Position numbers and translations under genes: made by a program. Shown here piece by piece: positions 7,946-18,047 of a stretch of DNA of 24,904 nucleotides. Under the pieces are notes generated by a model, which was given only the letters and a program-made list of their open reading frames with translations, did no database searches and was not told the origin of the DNA. The DNA is from a virus (Duplodnaviria; Caudoviricetes), in the IMG/VR virus record IMGVR_UViG_3300031953_000095, positions 1 through 24,904 of that record, one strand, 5' to 3'. Position 1 is the first letter of the stretch. Every line of letters begins with the position of its first letter.

Positions 7946-9598
7946 CTATTGACTTATCTTTTGGACCCAAAGAACCACTCTGGATTTTTGTTGTAATGAA
8001 ATTGCCGTTGGGCTGTCGGCTCCATACGTGTTTGTTTTACCTAGTGTTGCGTCTTTAGTAGAGCCTCCTAGATTTGCGTCTGAATTCCCTCCCCCAGTTC
8101 TTGATCTAGCTAAGACATTTGAACTGGATATATTTGGCTGCGAAGCTGTATCGTCTGCAGCGACTTTAAAACTGTGTTTAGGAATATGCGCTTCAGTAAT
8201 TGTTATAGAGTCTGCTCCTACTTCAACGCCCAAGTTTGGATAATTTGAAGCATCAAATCCTATAGGAACATAGCCCCCCATATTTACTGTTCCATTTCGG
8301 CCGTCAGCTATAAACCAACCAATCCAAGGAGTCTCTGCTCGGCCTACTCCAGTAGACATATCAAAATTCAGTTCTAGCTCCTCCAAATTACCTGGAGTGT
8401 ATATGGCTGTTATATTAGGAAGAGGGTCTGAGGAGCCACCAGATGAAGCTATAGTCTTAGGTTTTTCATCTAGTTGCTTATAAATAAGACTTAAGAAAGA
8501 TACCGCTGTTATCCCAGTTAGATATATGTTTTCAGGCTCTGTAAAAAGCTTATTTATTAATATAGTAGTAATAAGATCGGATATTTGGAATATTCCAATC
8601 TCTGTCCCCCCAGGTGTTGTTCCTACAGACAAATTAAATGTGGTCCCTGTTCGGACTATACATATTTTCTCTAGTAGGGTTTTGTTTTTGAACTCACCTA
8701 ATACGCTAAGGCTCCCTGAGAGGTCCTCATAGTTTTTATTTTTTTGCACAATAATAAATTCAGAGGGTTCTAGTAAATCTCCTGATAGATTTTTATACTT
8801 ATATAGAAATCTGTTTTCAACCGGCATAATCTCTATAGAGAGCCCGGAAAATGGATAGCCATCAATTCTTTTGATATCCCACTTAGCCCCATCTATTTTT
8901 TGATAGTGGTCGCCTTCAATTTTTATAGAGTCACAACTCATGATCCTATTCATTTTATCGGCAAACCAATCCGGTACGCCAGTTTCGTTTCCAACAAATA
9001 GAGTGAAAATTCTATATGGAACACTATCCAACATTGTTGCGTTTCTTTTCTGGTCATTATAAATTATGTCGTCAGCTCCAGGAGAGAAATTAGCTATAAC
9101 ACCATCCACTCTTATATTAAATTCCAAGTCTTCGTGAAAAATTACAGAGAAGTTGTTTTCAGAATTCTTATATGACACAAGCATAGTGGCTTCGTGCTCG
9201 TCTTGCAAATCTATTGGCTCAGACCATAGAACTACATCATTTAAATTAACATCAACATATTCTACTTTAAAGCCATAAAATCCTGATGGTAAACCTAAGG
9301 TCTGAAAGTTTATATAAACTTCATAGACTTTAAAAGTTTGATTGGACAATGCCGTTGGTATCTCAAGCGGAACCAAGGAGGCTACAGTGCTATTTGTTTC
9401 CAAGTCTACTACTGAAAACTCTATAGAGTAATCAGACAGAAACTGTATTGTAGTACTATCAGTCTGTTGCCATTTTTGAAAGAAACAAACAGACTCTTGA
9501 AACTTATTAACCAAGTCTATATAGCTCTGGCCATCAAACTTACCCAACCTGGGGTCAATAAATTTTATAGGGTTTAAGGGTACAACAGTGAAATCCAT
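7946..9598 (-). CDS. Tail-tip/baseplate protein with C-terminal tail-collar-like domain (550 aa)
   Basis: Located after the tape measure and hub genes. The C-terminal GWFIADGRNGTVNMGG...G...GADSITITEAHIPKHS motif is typical of collar/baseplate domains. Confidence 0.6.
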   Translation of the reverse strand: MDFTVVPLNPIKFIDPRLGKFDGQSYIDLVNKFQESVCFFQKWQQTDSTTIQFLSDYSIEFSVVDLETNSTVASLVPLEIPTALSNQTFKVYEVYINFQTLGLPSGFYGFKVEYVDVNLNDVVLWSEPIDLQDEHEATMLVSYKNSENNFSVIFHEDLEFNIRVDGVIANFSPGADDIIYNDQKRNATMLDSVPYRIFTLFVGNETGVPDWFADKMNRIMSCDSIKIEGDHYQKIDGAKWDIKRIDGYPFSGLSIEIMPVENRFLYKYKNLSGDLLEPSEFIIVQKNKNYEDLSGSLSVLGEFKNKTLLEKICIVRTGTTFNLSVGTTPGGTEIGIFQISDLITTILINKLFTEPENIYLTGITAVSFLSLIYKQLDEKPKTIASSGGSSDPLPNITAIYTPGNLEELELNFDMSTGVGRAETPWIGWFIADGRNGTVNMGGYVPIGFDASNYPNLGVEVGADSITITEAHIPKHSFKVAADDTASQPNISSSNVLARSRTGGGNSDANLGGSTKDATLGKTNTYGADSPTAISLQQKSRVVLWVQKISQ

Positions 9599-9660
9599 AG
9601 AATATTTATATATAATTAACCTTGCCTGAATATAGCTCTTTTTTATTCCATCTAAAAATA

Positions 9661-11688
9661 TTATTCTATAAAGTTTGACATATCAACATTAGGAGAAGCT
9701 AATAGAATCCACTCTTTTTCACTGTTCTTGGGAACATTTATAGAGGCCTCTATAAAGAATCCTTCGAAAGCTACTCCCATATATGTAAAGACTACAACAC
9801 CAGTCGGATTTGTTTTTAATAGAGCTGATGCGTCCGTAGGTAATTTAGTTTTAACTTTAAATATATAAGGTAAGAACATTCTATCTGCAAGACTTCCAAT
9901 AGTTATTGCTTCACTTTCAGCTACTCTTTTATTTTCCAGATCGATAGTTACTAGAGCAACATTTTTTTCGCCTGATTCAAACCTAACATATGACCCATCA
10001 AATCGGTGTAAAAAAGCCCGTATAAAAGACCCATGGCGGAGTAGATTCTTTTTAGGAGTCAAGTCTAAGTTATAATAACTTTGGCGCTCTGACAGACCCT
10101 TTATGCCGTCTACAGGCCTATAGTCTTCAGCTCCCGCAACATCATATATACCATCCAGTCCAGGATTCTTTTGAATCTTCAAAGCAAAAGTGTCGTTATC
10201 GGATTTGGAGTCTTTGCTGTTAACGTTGTCTACTCCAGGAGTTATACGTATTTCTTCTATTCCAAATTGATCTGCTCTATATGGTGATATTAAATCTAGT
10301 TCGGATTGTATTCGGGTTAGTGGCGTTGTCCACTGCTGGGAGCTGTTGAATTCTTCTCTTCCGTAATCAACCTCATAATCGTTATCGCTATACCCTGTTT
10401 TTATAGTGTTATATATAAAACTTGTTGCCGCTTGTATATTAACTGAATCAACGGTACCTAAATTAATAGATTTAAGATCAGCTTTAAACCAGTAACTCCT
10501 ATGCTCAAGAGTTGGCACCCCGTTCTCTATGCCAAAGCCTGCACATAAGATAGCATTTATACTATCAAAAAAGTCAACAAAACTTGTATGCAACTTAGGA
10601 TTATCTAACTGCCGTATAGAGTCTCCAGATGTAAGCACTAAATTTGACCAAGTTGAATCTAATAAAAAGCTCCTACAAGAAACAGGTAGACCCTCATTCA
10701 TTTTCTTTATTAGCTCTCTAAATAAAGTTCCAGGTCTTATGGCTTTGCAAACAGTCGCTGGGGTAACTATGCTATTTGTTATGTTTATGTCACCTTCAAA
10801 TATTGAAAAGAAAGTAAAGCCTTGGCCTGATTGCCCAGTAACACCTACAACCATATATATTTTTTCGTCCTCTACTAAATCTATGTTAAGTGAAAACTCT
10901 ATAGATGGGTCTTGTTCATTGGTGCCTACAAAAGTTCCTATAGTTCCTTTAAGTTCTCCTGTACTGTTTCTAATCTGTATAAAGGCTTCTTGGTCGTCTG
11001 AGGTTAAATTTATTCGGCATTTCATATTCCCGGATAAATTTATTCTTGTGCCTTGCGTGGCTCTTAAAAACCAAGCATCTGAAAGGTATAGAGCATTAAC
11101 TAAAACATTTCCAGGGCTCTCTGAATTCTGAATTTCTACGTACCCTAAATCTATATTGTTTAAGGCTTCTATTATATGTGGCAGATTATAATGCAAGTTG
11201 TCTATTGCAAAATCCTTGGGAGATAGTACTGAGATTGCTTTTTCAGTTAGGCCTACTCCAGGAATTCTTACATCTATAGAGTTTGTACTGTTTAGAATTA
11301 GAGAGTATACCACTTTTTCAAAAGCTTTAATCTTCTCGCTAATCCCGCTCTCCATACAATTTATTTCAACTATTGGGTCTTTGTCGTCAAATGTTGAAAA
11401 GTCTAAATCACCTGTATATAATACGTCGTAGTTCCAAGTATTTTTATTTAGCTCGTATATTTGCAACTCTACAGAAGCTTTAAGAAAGTTTGTATAAAAT
11501 TCTTTGCGGATTAGATAGGCTCCATCTGAATGAAAGTTCAAAGTAGTTGTATAGTTGCGGCTTAACCCAAAATACTTTTCAGACCTTGAGTGGTTTATTA
11601 GGCCTTCTTCCCACCCCATTGGTGCAGCCTCTAAGATAAACACAACAGAATTTATCTTCAATCTATATTGTAAGTCTACTGGCTGCAT
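9661..11688 (-). CDS. Minor tail / tail-tip hub protein (675 aa)
   Basis: Coupled to the tape measure stop (TAATG at 11688). Beta-rich, with an N-terminal P.GW......RS.KYFG motif. Assignment is mainly by position. Confidence 0.55.
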   Translation of the reverse strand: MQPVDLQYRLKINSVVFILEAAPMGWEEGLINHSRSEKYFGLSRNYTTTLNFHSDGAYLIRKEFYTNFLKASVELQIYELNKNTWNYDVLYTGDLDFSTFDDKDPIVEINCMESGISEKIKAFEKVVYSLILNSTNSIDVRIPGVGLTEKAISVLSPKDFAIDNLHYNLPHIIEALNNIDLGYVEIQNSESPGNVLVNALYLSDAWFLRATQGTRINLSGNMKCRINLTSDDQEAFIQIRNSTGELKGTIGTFVGTNEQDPSIEFSLNIDLVEDEKIYMVVGVTGQSGQGFTFFSIFEGDINITNSIVTPATVCKAIRPGTLFRELIKKMNEGLPVSCRSFLLDSTWSNLVLTSGDSIRQLDNPKLHTSFVDFFDSINAILCAGFGIENGVPTLEHRSYWFKADLKSINLGTVDSVNIQAATSFIYNTIKTGYSDNDYEVDYGREEFNSSQQWTTPLTRIQSELDLISPYRADQFGIEEIRITPGVDNVNSKDSKSDNDTFALKIQKNPGLDGIYDVAGAEDYRPVDGIKGLSERQSYYNLDLTPKKNLLRHGSFIRAFLHRFDGSYVRFESGEKNVALVTIDLENKRVAESEAITIGSLADRMFLPYIFKVKTKLPTDASALLKTNPTGVVVFTYMGVAFEGFFIEASINVPKNSEKEWILLASPNVDMSNFIE

Positions 11689-14600
11689 TATATATTTCTG
11701 TTTAAGTACTTAGTCCAATTTTTACCCATCTTTACGCCCCACTTAAAACCTTCTCGGGTTATGTTTGTGTGCTGTGTGGGCTTACTATTTATAGCTTTTA
11801 CTATGTCTGTTACTCCTTTTCTATAGGTGTTATTCAGAGAAGAAACTTCAAAAGCTCCAGGCTTTGAATACTTTTCTAAATCCTCTTTCTGGTTATGTAG
11901 TAGTGCCTTAGTCTCATGAGCTGGAATAATTTTAGTGCCCTCTTTTAGATAAGTCAAAGTTTCTTTTCCAGGCGTTAACGACATTTCACCTGATGGCTCT
12001 ACTCGTATCTCTGCTCCGCGTTCTCCTACTTTTGCAAATCCTTCTGGACTACTTTCGATCCCAGTAAAATATTGAGGTATCGGAGTCAAAGCAACTTTTG
12101 CTATCTGAGCTGCTCCTATAGCTCCAATGACTACTGACAAAGGAATATTTGGTGGCACGCTCGCTAAAGCGGCGGTTACTCCTCCAGCTGTATTTGCTAT
12201 GATTCTACCTATAGCTATAGCCTTTTCAAACTCAGCTTGGCGCCTCTGCACCTCAGCTTCTCTTCGTTGTATTGCTTCTTTCTCTGTTGCGGCTCGGGCT
12301 TCTAATATAGAAATCTTTGCTGCTTTCTCTTCTTCGCTCGCAACGGACGAATTTATCTTGTCTATTTCTTTTGCTTTGTTAATATCAATTTGCTCCTCCT
12401 GCTCTTTAAGACTATTAAGCTCCATCTCGAATTGCCTATTTACAAGGGCAATTGCTACGTTAACAACTTCTGCAAATAATTCTTTTTTAGCTTCGTTAAC
12501 TTCTTCTTGCATCGCCAAAGACCGTAGTTGCTGAGCTATTTCTGCGTCAGCGGCCTGCTTAGCCATGCGAGCTTTCCATTCAGCAACTCTCGAGGCGCCG
12601 GACTTTAAATCCACTTCCAGCTTTTTATTCAAGTCCAGTATTCTCTCGACTCCAGCAATCTCTGCTGCGATTCTTCTAAACGTAACAGAACCTGTTTCGG
12701 ACTCTTCTGAGGCACCGCCACCCGATCCGGATAGAATCTCTGTTGCATAATCTAGGTTTTTATCTATCTTAGCCACAGGGGTCGAATTTACGACCTCATT
12801 GAAGCCATCAATATAATTTTGCCCTACGTCTTTTCCTAGTTTTTTGAATGCCTCTACTTGGTCTGAAAAGCCCCCCGCTATTGCGTCTTTAATTCCTGAT
12901 AAATCTCCTGTTATTACTGCTTTTAGCAAGGCTCCGAATGACTTTACAGCGTCGAAAGTTCGGGTAAACATAAAGGCAATAAAATCGAAAAGATTTTGGA
13001 AAGTAACCTTTATAGTCTGTATTCCTGCTCGGAACAACATTACATTATTGTAAAGATCAATAAAGTAGTTTGATACATCTATAATACCATTCACAAGGCC
13101 TAATAAAGCTTTCGTAGCATAGAGCTTTATAGTGTTTGTTAGTGATGTATAAAAGCCATCGGTTGAATCAAATAGAGCCGCGGTAGCTTTGTTTAATTCT
13201 TGGGTTGCGTTAAGCTGCTCGAGTTGACTTCGACCAAGCTCTCCAGACGCATCTACTACAGCGTCTAGGTTCAACTCTATTGATCCTAGGGTTTTTATAT
13301 ATTCGAGCCCAGCATCTTCTCCAGGTCCTCCGAAGATGTCAGCTATTGCAGTACCTACTTTTGCAGAGTTCGCTGGGAGCTCTCCTAGCCTGTTCGACAC
13401 TTTCTGTATCGCTTCAAACATTGATAAAGTACCGTCAGCTAAACCTGCTTGAATCTCATCAGAGCTTAGGCCTATTGCGGTAAGAGCTTCTTTTGCTGCT
13501 GGAGTCATTTCTCGCAGTCGCAGACCTGCTTCTTTTATAGTGTCAACTCCTTTATCTGAGTATATGCCAGACTTCACGTTTTGAGCTATGATTGCAGCTG
13601 TCTCAGAGGCTGAAAGGCCTACGGCGTTTAGTTGTGCTGGGTACTCTCTTAACTGGTCTAAGAACTCTCCAGACACGTCCGCGCCAACTATGAATCCTTT
13701 ATTAACTACGTCAAGTGCTTCTGCTTGCGATATACCAAATTGTTTAGCAACAGAATTTGTTGCAATCAAAACCTCTTTATACTCTTTCCCAAAAGAGGAG
13801 GCCGTTGCTTGAACCTCTGCCCGGAGACTCTTTAATTCATTCCCAGACAACCCGGTTAATTGCTTTGTTAATTTAGTAGCTTCGGCTATTCCTTTATTAT
13901 ATTCAAACCAACCTTTTGCAGCCAACAACGCTGCAGAAATTCCTACTAAAGTTAATCCTAGAGGAGTCGCTATAAAAGCTAAAGCTGCTTTGGCCGCTGC
14001 TTTTAGTCCAGATATAAGAGTAGCAAAACCTCCTTTAGTGTTGCCCAAGTTCTCAGCCATGTCTGTTGTGCTTGCTGAGATATTTTGAATAGAAGTTACA
14101 GCCTCACCTATTGGTCCTGGAAGACCTTCGAAAGCACTCTTGTAATTACCCACATTTCGTTGGCTTCTTCCAGTCTGCTCGTCTAGTCCTTTTACTGTTG
14201 TATCGAGTTCTGTTATTGATGCATTTAAATTTCTTCCAGTCTCTGAATTTTCACGTTCAGACTCTGTAAGGTTATCCCATTCGCGGCGAAGCCTAACAAG
14301 CCTGGAGCTTAATTGTTCACTGCTTCCCTCTGCAGCATTAGCTTCTCGGCTGTATGCTTTTACAACCGCATTAACTTGCTCTGTAGCCGTCTTTAACCCA
14401 GCTTTTCTTTTTGACATCTCAGCCAAGCTATCACTATAGGCATCAGCTGTTAGAGCGCCTTTATCGAACTCCTTGGCTAGTTCTCTCTGGTCTTTGGTTA
14501 TCTGACCGCTTTCAGCTTTAAGCCTCACCTGGAGCCTAATATAGTTGTCTAGAGATGTACCTGCTTTGTTTATAGAAGCTATCTCGTCGGAGCTTACTTT

Positions 14601-14888
14601 AATTCTCTCTTTTGTGGCTTTGACAACAGCATCTTCTGCGGCGGCGGCATCCTTTGCGGCTTTAGTAGTTTTAGCTTTTGCGGCGTCTAATTTGTCTATG
14701 CTCTTCTCTAGATTTTTAACTCCAATATCTAAGTCTTTATACTTATCTATCTTACCAAGTTCTGAAGTGAAAGCTGCGGCGCCTTTGGCTGTGTCGATAA
14801 ATTCAACTTTGGCCTTAGCTAAAACATCGAGAAGCCTATCAAACTGCTCATATGTTTTCTCATCAATTATATCTTTAATTTGAGTCAT
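11688..14888 (-). CDS. Tail tape measure protein (1066 aa)
   Basis: Long Ala/Leu/Lys-rich helical and coiled-coil protein with QRNVGNY, the core EYPAQL...SDKGVDTIKEAGLRLREM...FGGPGEDAG, hydrophobic segments and C-terminal VGERGAE. Confidence 0.92.
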   Translation of the reverse strand: MTQIKDIIDEKTYEQFDRLLDVLAKAKVEFIDTAKGAAAFTSELGKIDKYKDLDIGVKNLEKSIDKLDAAKAKTTKAAKDAAAAEDAVVKATKERIKVSSDEIASINKAGTSLDNYIRLQVRLKAESGQITKDQRELAKEFDKGALTADAYSDSLAEMSKRKAGLKTATEQVNAVVKAYSREANAAEGSSEQLSSRLVRLRREWDNLTESERENSETGRNLNASITELDTTVKGLDEQTGRSQRNVGNYKSAFEGLPGPIGEAVTSIQNISASTTDMAENLGNTKGGFATLISGLKAAAKAALAFIATPLGLTLVGISAALLAAKGWFEYNKGIAEATKLTKQLTGLSGNELKSLRAEVQATASSFGKEYKEVLIATNSVAKQFGISQAEALDVVNKGFIVGADVSGEFLDQLREYPAQLNAVGLSASETAAIIAQNVKSGIYSDKGVDTIKEAGLRLREMTPAAKEALTAIGLSSDEIQAGLADGTLSMFEAIQKVSNRLGELPANSAKVGTAIADIFGGPGEDAGLEYIKTLGSIELNLDAVVDASGELGRSQLEQLNATQELNKATAALFDSTDGFYTSLTNTIKLYATKALLGLVNGIIDVSNYFIDLYNNVMLFRAGIQTIKVTFQNLFDFIAFMFTRTFDAVKSFGALLKAVITGDLSGIKDAIAGGFSDQVEAFKKLGKDVGQNYIDGFNEVVNSTPVAKIDKNLDYATEILSGSGGGASEESETGSVTFRRIAAEIAGVERILDLNKKLEVDLKSGASRVAEWKARMAKQAADAEIAQQLRSLAMQEEVNEAKKELFAEVVNVAIALVNRQFEMELNSLKEQEEQIDINKAKEIDKINSSVASEEEKAAKISILEARAATEKEAIQRREAEVQRRQAEFEKAIAIGRIIANTAGGVTAALASVPPNIPLSVVIGAIGAAQIAKVALTPIPQYFTGIESSPEGFAKVGERGAEIRVEPSGEMSLTPGKETLTYLKEGTKIIPAHETKALLHNQKEDLEKYSKPGAFEVSSLNNTYRKGVTDIVKAINSKPTQHTNITREGFKWGVKMGKNWTKYLNRNI

Positions 14889-15510
14889 TAGCTTTTGCTT
14901 TTTCGAATTGAGCTTTATATTGATTTGATATACTTACAAAAGTTGCTACAGTAGTTTTTTTAGGGTCTATTTCATACTTCTGGAAGCGACTAAAAGTAGT
15001 AAATACTGGACTAAAAGAACCGTTAGATTTCTTTGTGCTTATCTCTTGTCTTGTTTGTAATTCAGCTAAACGGGCCTTAAGTTCCTTGAGTTTAAACTCC
15101 TCTGTTTTAAACAACACTAGCGCCCGTTTACTTGCCTTTGCTGGGTCTTTTAAATCAAATGGAATCTTTAAAGTTTTATATACTATAGCAACACCTGGAT
15201 CGTGTAGATTGTTTGAAAAGTCGGAGCAATACGATAGTAGAAGTTTTTTAGTTTCTATTTCGGTTATCTTGCACACTAAAGATATGTGTGTATTTTTCTC
15301 TGCATCTTCTACTAAGTCTAAGTAGTCTATATATAGAGAATTAAACAAATTAAGTAGAAAAGCTTTTCCTATAAATAAGAAGCCTAGAAGTTTATACTTT
15401 ACCAGGCTCCTAGACTTACCAGCTAAGCTCTCTATAAACAAGTTCATCGGAAGGTCTTCACATGAACTATATACAAGAGAGGTTTTAAAATTTTTTATTG
15501 CTTGTCTCAT
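14875..15510 (-). CDS. Hypothetical protein, tail assembly chaperone position (211 aa)
   Basis: Directly upstream of the tape measure and overlapping it by 14 nt. Helical. Function inferred from position only. Confidence 0.45.
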   Translation of the reverse strand: MRQAIKNFKTSLVYSSCEDLPMNLFIESLAGKSRSLVKYKLLGFLFIGKAFLLNLFNSLYIDYLDLVEDAEKNTHISLVCKITEIETKKLLLSYCSDFSNNLHDPGVAIVYKTLKIPFDLKDPAKASKRALVLFKTEEFKLKELKARLAELQTRQEISTKKSNGSFSPVFTTFSRFQKYEIDPKKTTVATFVSISNQYKAQFEKAKANDSN

Positions 15511-15959
15511 TTGAATCTAAGTAGTGACACAGTTTCTATATACAGTTTTAAGTTTTCTAGGAATAAGCCATTAGCATATTCTTCTTCACTTGCTTCGGTT
15601 AAGTCTAAAATTTCATCTCCATACTTCTCTAGTATGTCATATGTTTTAGAGTCACTAGCATATATATAGAATTCTTTTTTGGTTACTTCTACGTCTCTTG
15701 AGCGGTAAAAATCCCCTGTATAATATAAATCAACTCTGTCTGCGGTTAAATTAAAGTTCATTTTCATCTTAAGCTTTTCGTATTCAGTCGATGAATACCT
15801 AGGCTTTATAAGCTCTCCTGTACCGGAAACATTTAATTGATACAGCTGGGAAGCATTGAGTAGTAGAATAGTGTCTTTAGTGTTCTCTATTATAACAGGG
15901 ACTTGATTGCGTAAGTCTATCCTCTTTACACTTTCATACATTTCAAAGATACTAGCCAT
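15507..15959 (-). CDS. Putative neck / tail-completion (virion morphogenesis) protein (150 aa)
   Basis: The pattern G..I.P.YS...Y...K......RVDL..TGDFY.S...KYG..IL.LT resembles phage neck/morphogenesis proteins. Confidence 0.5.
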   Translation of the reverse strand: MASIFEMYESVKRIDLRNQVPVIIENTKDTILLLNASQLYQLNVSGTGELIKPRYSSTEYEKLKMKMNFNLTADRVDLYYTGDFYRSRDVEVTKKEFYIYASDSKTYDILEKYGDEILDLTEASEEEYANGLFLENLKLYIETVSLLRFK

Positions 15960-15971
15960 CTGAGGTCTATT

Positions 15972-16003
15972 AAAAATTGTGGAGGCACAGAGGCCCCCAC
16001 AAT
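15972..16003 (-). terminator. Intrinsic terminator after the major tail gene
   Basis: Minus strand AUUGUGGGGGC-cucugu-GCCUCCACAAU then UUUU. 11-bp stem with one G-U pair that forms only on the minus strand. Starts 3 nt after the stop codon. Confidence 0.8.
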
Positions 16004-16006
16004 CTA

Positions 16007-16936
16007 TTAAACTGTAATCGTTACAGAATTCGATTCAAAACCTACAACGTCCAAGGCTTGGAGAGCCAGAGGTGTAGCCATCTTAATCACTACAGGCCCA
16101 GCAGCGCTATAGTTGGCGTCAGCTGTGTCAAGAGTTATATCCCAGGCATTTAGGTCTGGATCAGCTATGACGCTGGTGATGGCGACCGGAAGGCCTCCTA
16201 TCGTAGCTATCCACGCTGTGACGTCTTCAAGTTCCGTCTCATAGATGTCGAATAAATCCGACTTATCACATCCAGCTACTGCGGTTATCACCGGTATCGG
16301 TACAGTTGAAGTCGCGTGAGAACTTAAAGCTACGTCTTGAATTCCTAGAATTGTATCTAGACTAAAATCAGGCTCTACAAAACCAAGCTCGTCATTCATG
16401 TACTTAGGCTTAGTCACAAATTGAATTGTGTAAGCTGTGGAGGCTGATCCACTAGACAAAGTGAATTTGTTAGCGAAGAAGAACACCATAGGAATTCCAG
16501 ACAAAGTGTCTCCTATTTTTCTACCGTACAACACTCCTTTTGCATCATAAAACAATACAGCTCTACCGGCACCATTGAACTTTCTTAAGTTCGAATGCAA
16601 GCAGTGACCTCCTTGAATGTATTGGAAAGTCCAGTCGTAATCTCCTTCAGTTAGTGGAGCTTTTCCACCATATCCCATTGTTTCCACTGTCTTGTCTTCA
16701 GAGTTATCTGCAGACAGAGCTTCAATATTGTGGATAGGAAAAATTCTCCTCCTAGGTATGTCGTCGAAGGCAGCATCTTGCAGAGCATTCTGTAAGTCTC
16801 CTAAGTTAGCCTTGCTTAGACTAAAAGTGCTTGGAACTATGATAGCTCCAACTACGTGGGCAATAGTTAGAAAGCAGTCTCCTACTCCTGTATTTGCTCC
16901 ACCTACTACGCACGATATTTTATTTAATGTCGCCAT
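16007..16936 (-). CDS. Major tail (tube) protein with C-terminal Ig-like extension (309 aa)
   Basis: Position, size, N-terminal C....NTGVGDC motif, acidic beta-rich C-terminal ~100 aa, and a following terminator as expected for a high-copy protein. Confidence 0.7.
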   Translation of the reverse strand: MATLNKISCVVGGANTGVGDCFLTIAHVVGAIIVPSTFSLSKANLGDLQNALQDAAFDDIPRRRIFPIHNIEALSADNSEDKTVETMGYGGKAPLTEGDYDWTFQYIQGGHCLHSNLRKFNGAGRAVLFYDAKGVLYGRKIGDTLSGIPMVFFFANKFTLSSGSASTAYTIQFVTKPKYMNDELGFVEPDFSLDTILGIQDVALSSHATSTVPIPVITAVAGCDKSDLFDIYETELEDVTAWIATIGGLPVAITSVIADPDLNAWDITLDTADANYSAAGPVVIKMATPLALQALDVVGFESNSVTITV

Positions 16937-16942
16937 GGTTTT

Positions 16943-17491
16943 TTAACAATTTTTTTGATTTACTTTTATTTGAATCTTTTTAACTTCTATGCAATCAATC
17001 CAGTCTTCGAATATATTCGATTCGTTCTTGAGTAATCCTTCTCTACCCCAGTATAATCGATTTATCTTAAGGCCTTTCGGCTTACTCCCAGCAAATCTAA
17101 AAGCTTTAGATTTAACTAGATGCTTTTTAAAACTTGCATATATTGGCAACAAGATAGGTTTAAAATTGCGCTCATATCTGACTGTGGCCTTATATTCAGG
17201 CTTGGTGACCATAGCAATTATTATATGTAGTGTCACTTCAGATTGGAGACCTATGCCCACGTCTTCATTCTCAGGGAAGTCCTCAAATAATCCAATAAGT
17301 GGGTATCTATCGAATTTAAACTTGTTTGTTTTATCCTTCTCGCGGAGTGTTTCAATAATCTCTATAGGGTGACCATGTTCATAGTGAACCCCTGAAATAT
17401 TGGGATCAATAGCCTGTAGAGTTTCAAGCATCTCTATAGATACTTTCTCTACTACCTTTCTTATCTCATCCACTACCACATAGTCTGTCAT
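16943..17491 (-). CDS. Putative tail terminator / completion protein (182 aa)
   Basis: Directly upstream of the major tail gene. YPLIGLFEDF...LHIIIA...NFKPILLPIY pattern. ATGA overlap with the upstream gene. Confidence 0.55.
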   Translation of the reverse strand: MTDYVVVDEIRKVVEKVSIEMLETLQAIDPNISGVHYEHGHPIEIIETLREKDKTNKFKFDRYPLIGLFEDFPENEDVGIGLQSEVTLHIIIAMVTKPEYKATVRYERNFKPILLPIYASFKKHLVKSKAFRFAGSKPKGLKINRLYWGREGLLKNESNIFEDWIDCIEVKKIQIKVNQKNC

Positions 17492-18030
17492 ATATTAAAG
17501 CTGTTTACGGGATTTAATAAAGATTTAACAAAAGATGAGCGGGGCCTAGTCCAACTTGAATAGTCTAAACCTCTTGACTCAATAAAACAGAATAAAGTAT
17601 TAAGCGAAGCGCTCATAGAGTTCCAAGCAGGAACCATCTTACCCATTGGAGATACTATAGTGCCATTCTCAGCGTTTGATTGCATATTCCCTGCTCCAAC
17701 TGTATGCTCCACGTTATCAGCTTTATATTTGAAGTAAACAAAGTCTGCAAGGGGTGAACGCTTTTGGGCATTCCTAAGACCAATCCAACGAACTTTTTGA
17801 CCTCTATAGATAAACACAGTGCCATCAACAAGGTCAGTCCAACGGGCTTCGATAGGGTCCTGCTCGAGACCTTCAAGGAGATCAGCATATAAATCTATTC
17901 CTAGCAAAGCTTCAAGCAATTCAGGCTCGTATATAGCGATCATATCAATGATATTTTCAGCTACAGACGGCGAACTTACGTTAGCTATGTGCCTTTCTCC
18001 TATGAAGTATGTAATATCTATGAGAGCCAT
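17488..18030 (-). CDS. Putative head-tail adaptor (180 aa)
   Basis: First sizeable gene after the capsid. LID..YF.G...I...E...L..LLG..LY and SPLADFVYFKY helical pattern. Confidence 0.55.
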   Translation of the reverse strand: MALIDITYFIGERHIANVSSPSVAENIIDMIAIYEPELLEALLGIDLYADLLEGLEQDPIEARWTDLVDGTVFIYRGQKVRWIGLRNAQKRSPLADFVYFKYKADNVEHTVGAGNMQSNAENGTIVSPMGKMVPAWNSMSASLNTLFCFIESRGLDYSSWTRPRSSFVKSLLNPVNSFNI

Positions 18031-18047
18031 TCGCTTAATATTTTATT

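Noticed and set aside
1762-9598. Diversity-generating retroelement or invertible tail-fibre cassette
   Set aside because: No reverse transcriptase, invertase, TR/VR pair or inverted fibre segments seen in this window. They cannot be excluded elsewhere in the genome.
9599-9680. Frame of the 550-aa gene is open upstream through the 62-nt gap and into the end of the hub gene (possible -1 frameshift fusion)
   Set aside because: No X XXY YYZ slippery heptamer in the hub reading frame before its stop. A short open stretch like this is unremarkable.
14950-14970. A7 run (CCT AAA AAA ACT) near the end of the pre-tape-measure gene as a chaperone frameshift site
   Set aside because: Not in X XXY YYZ register, and no evident extended product.
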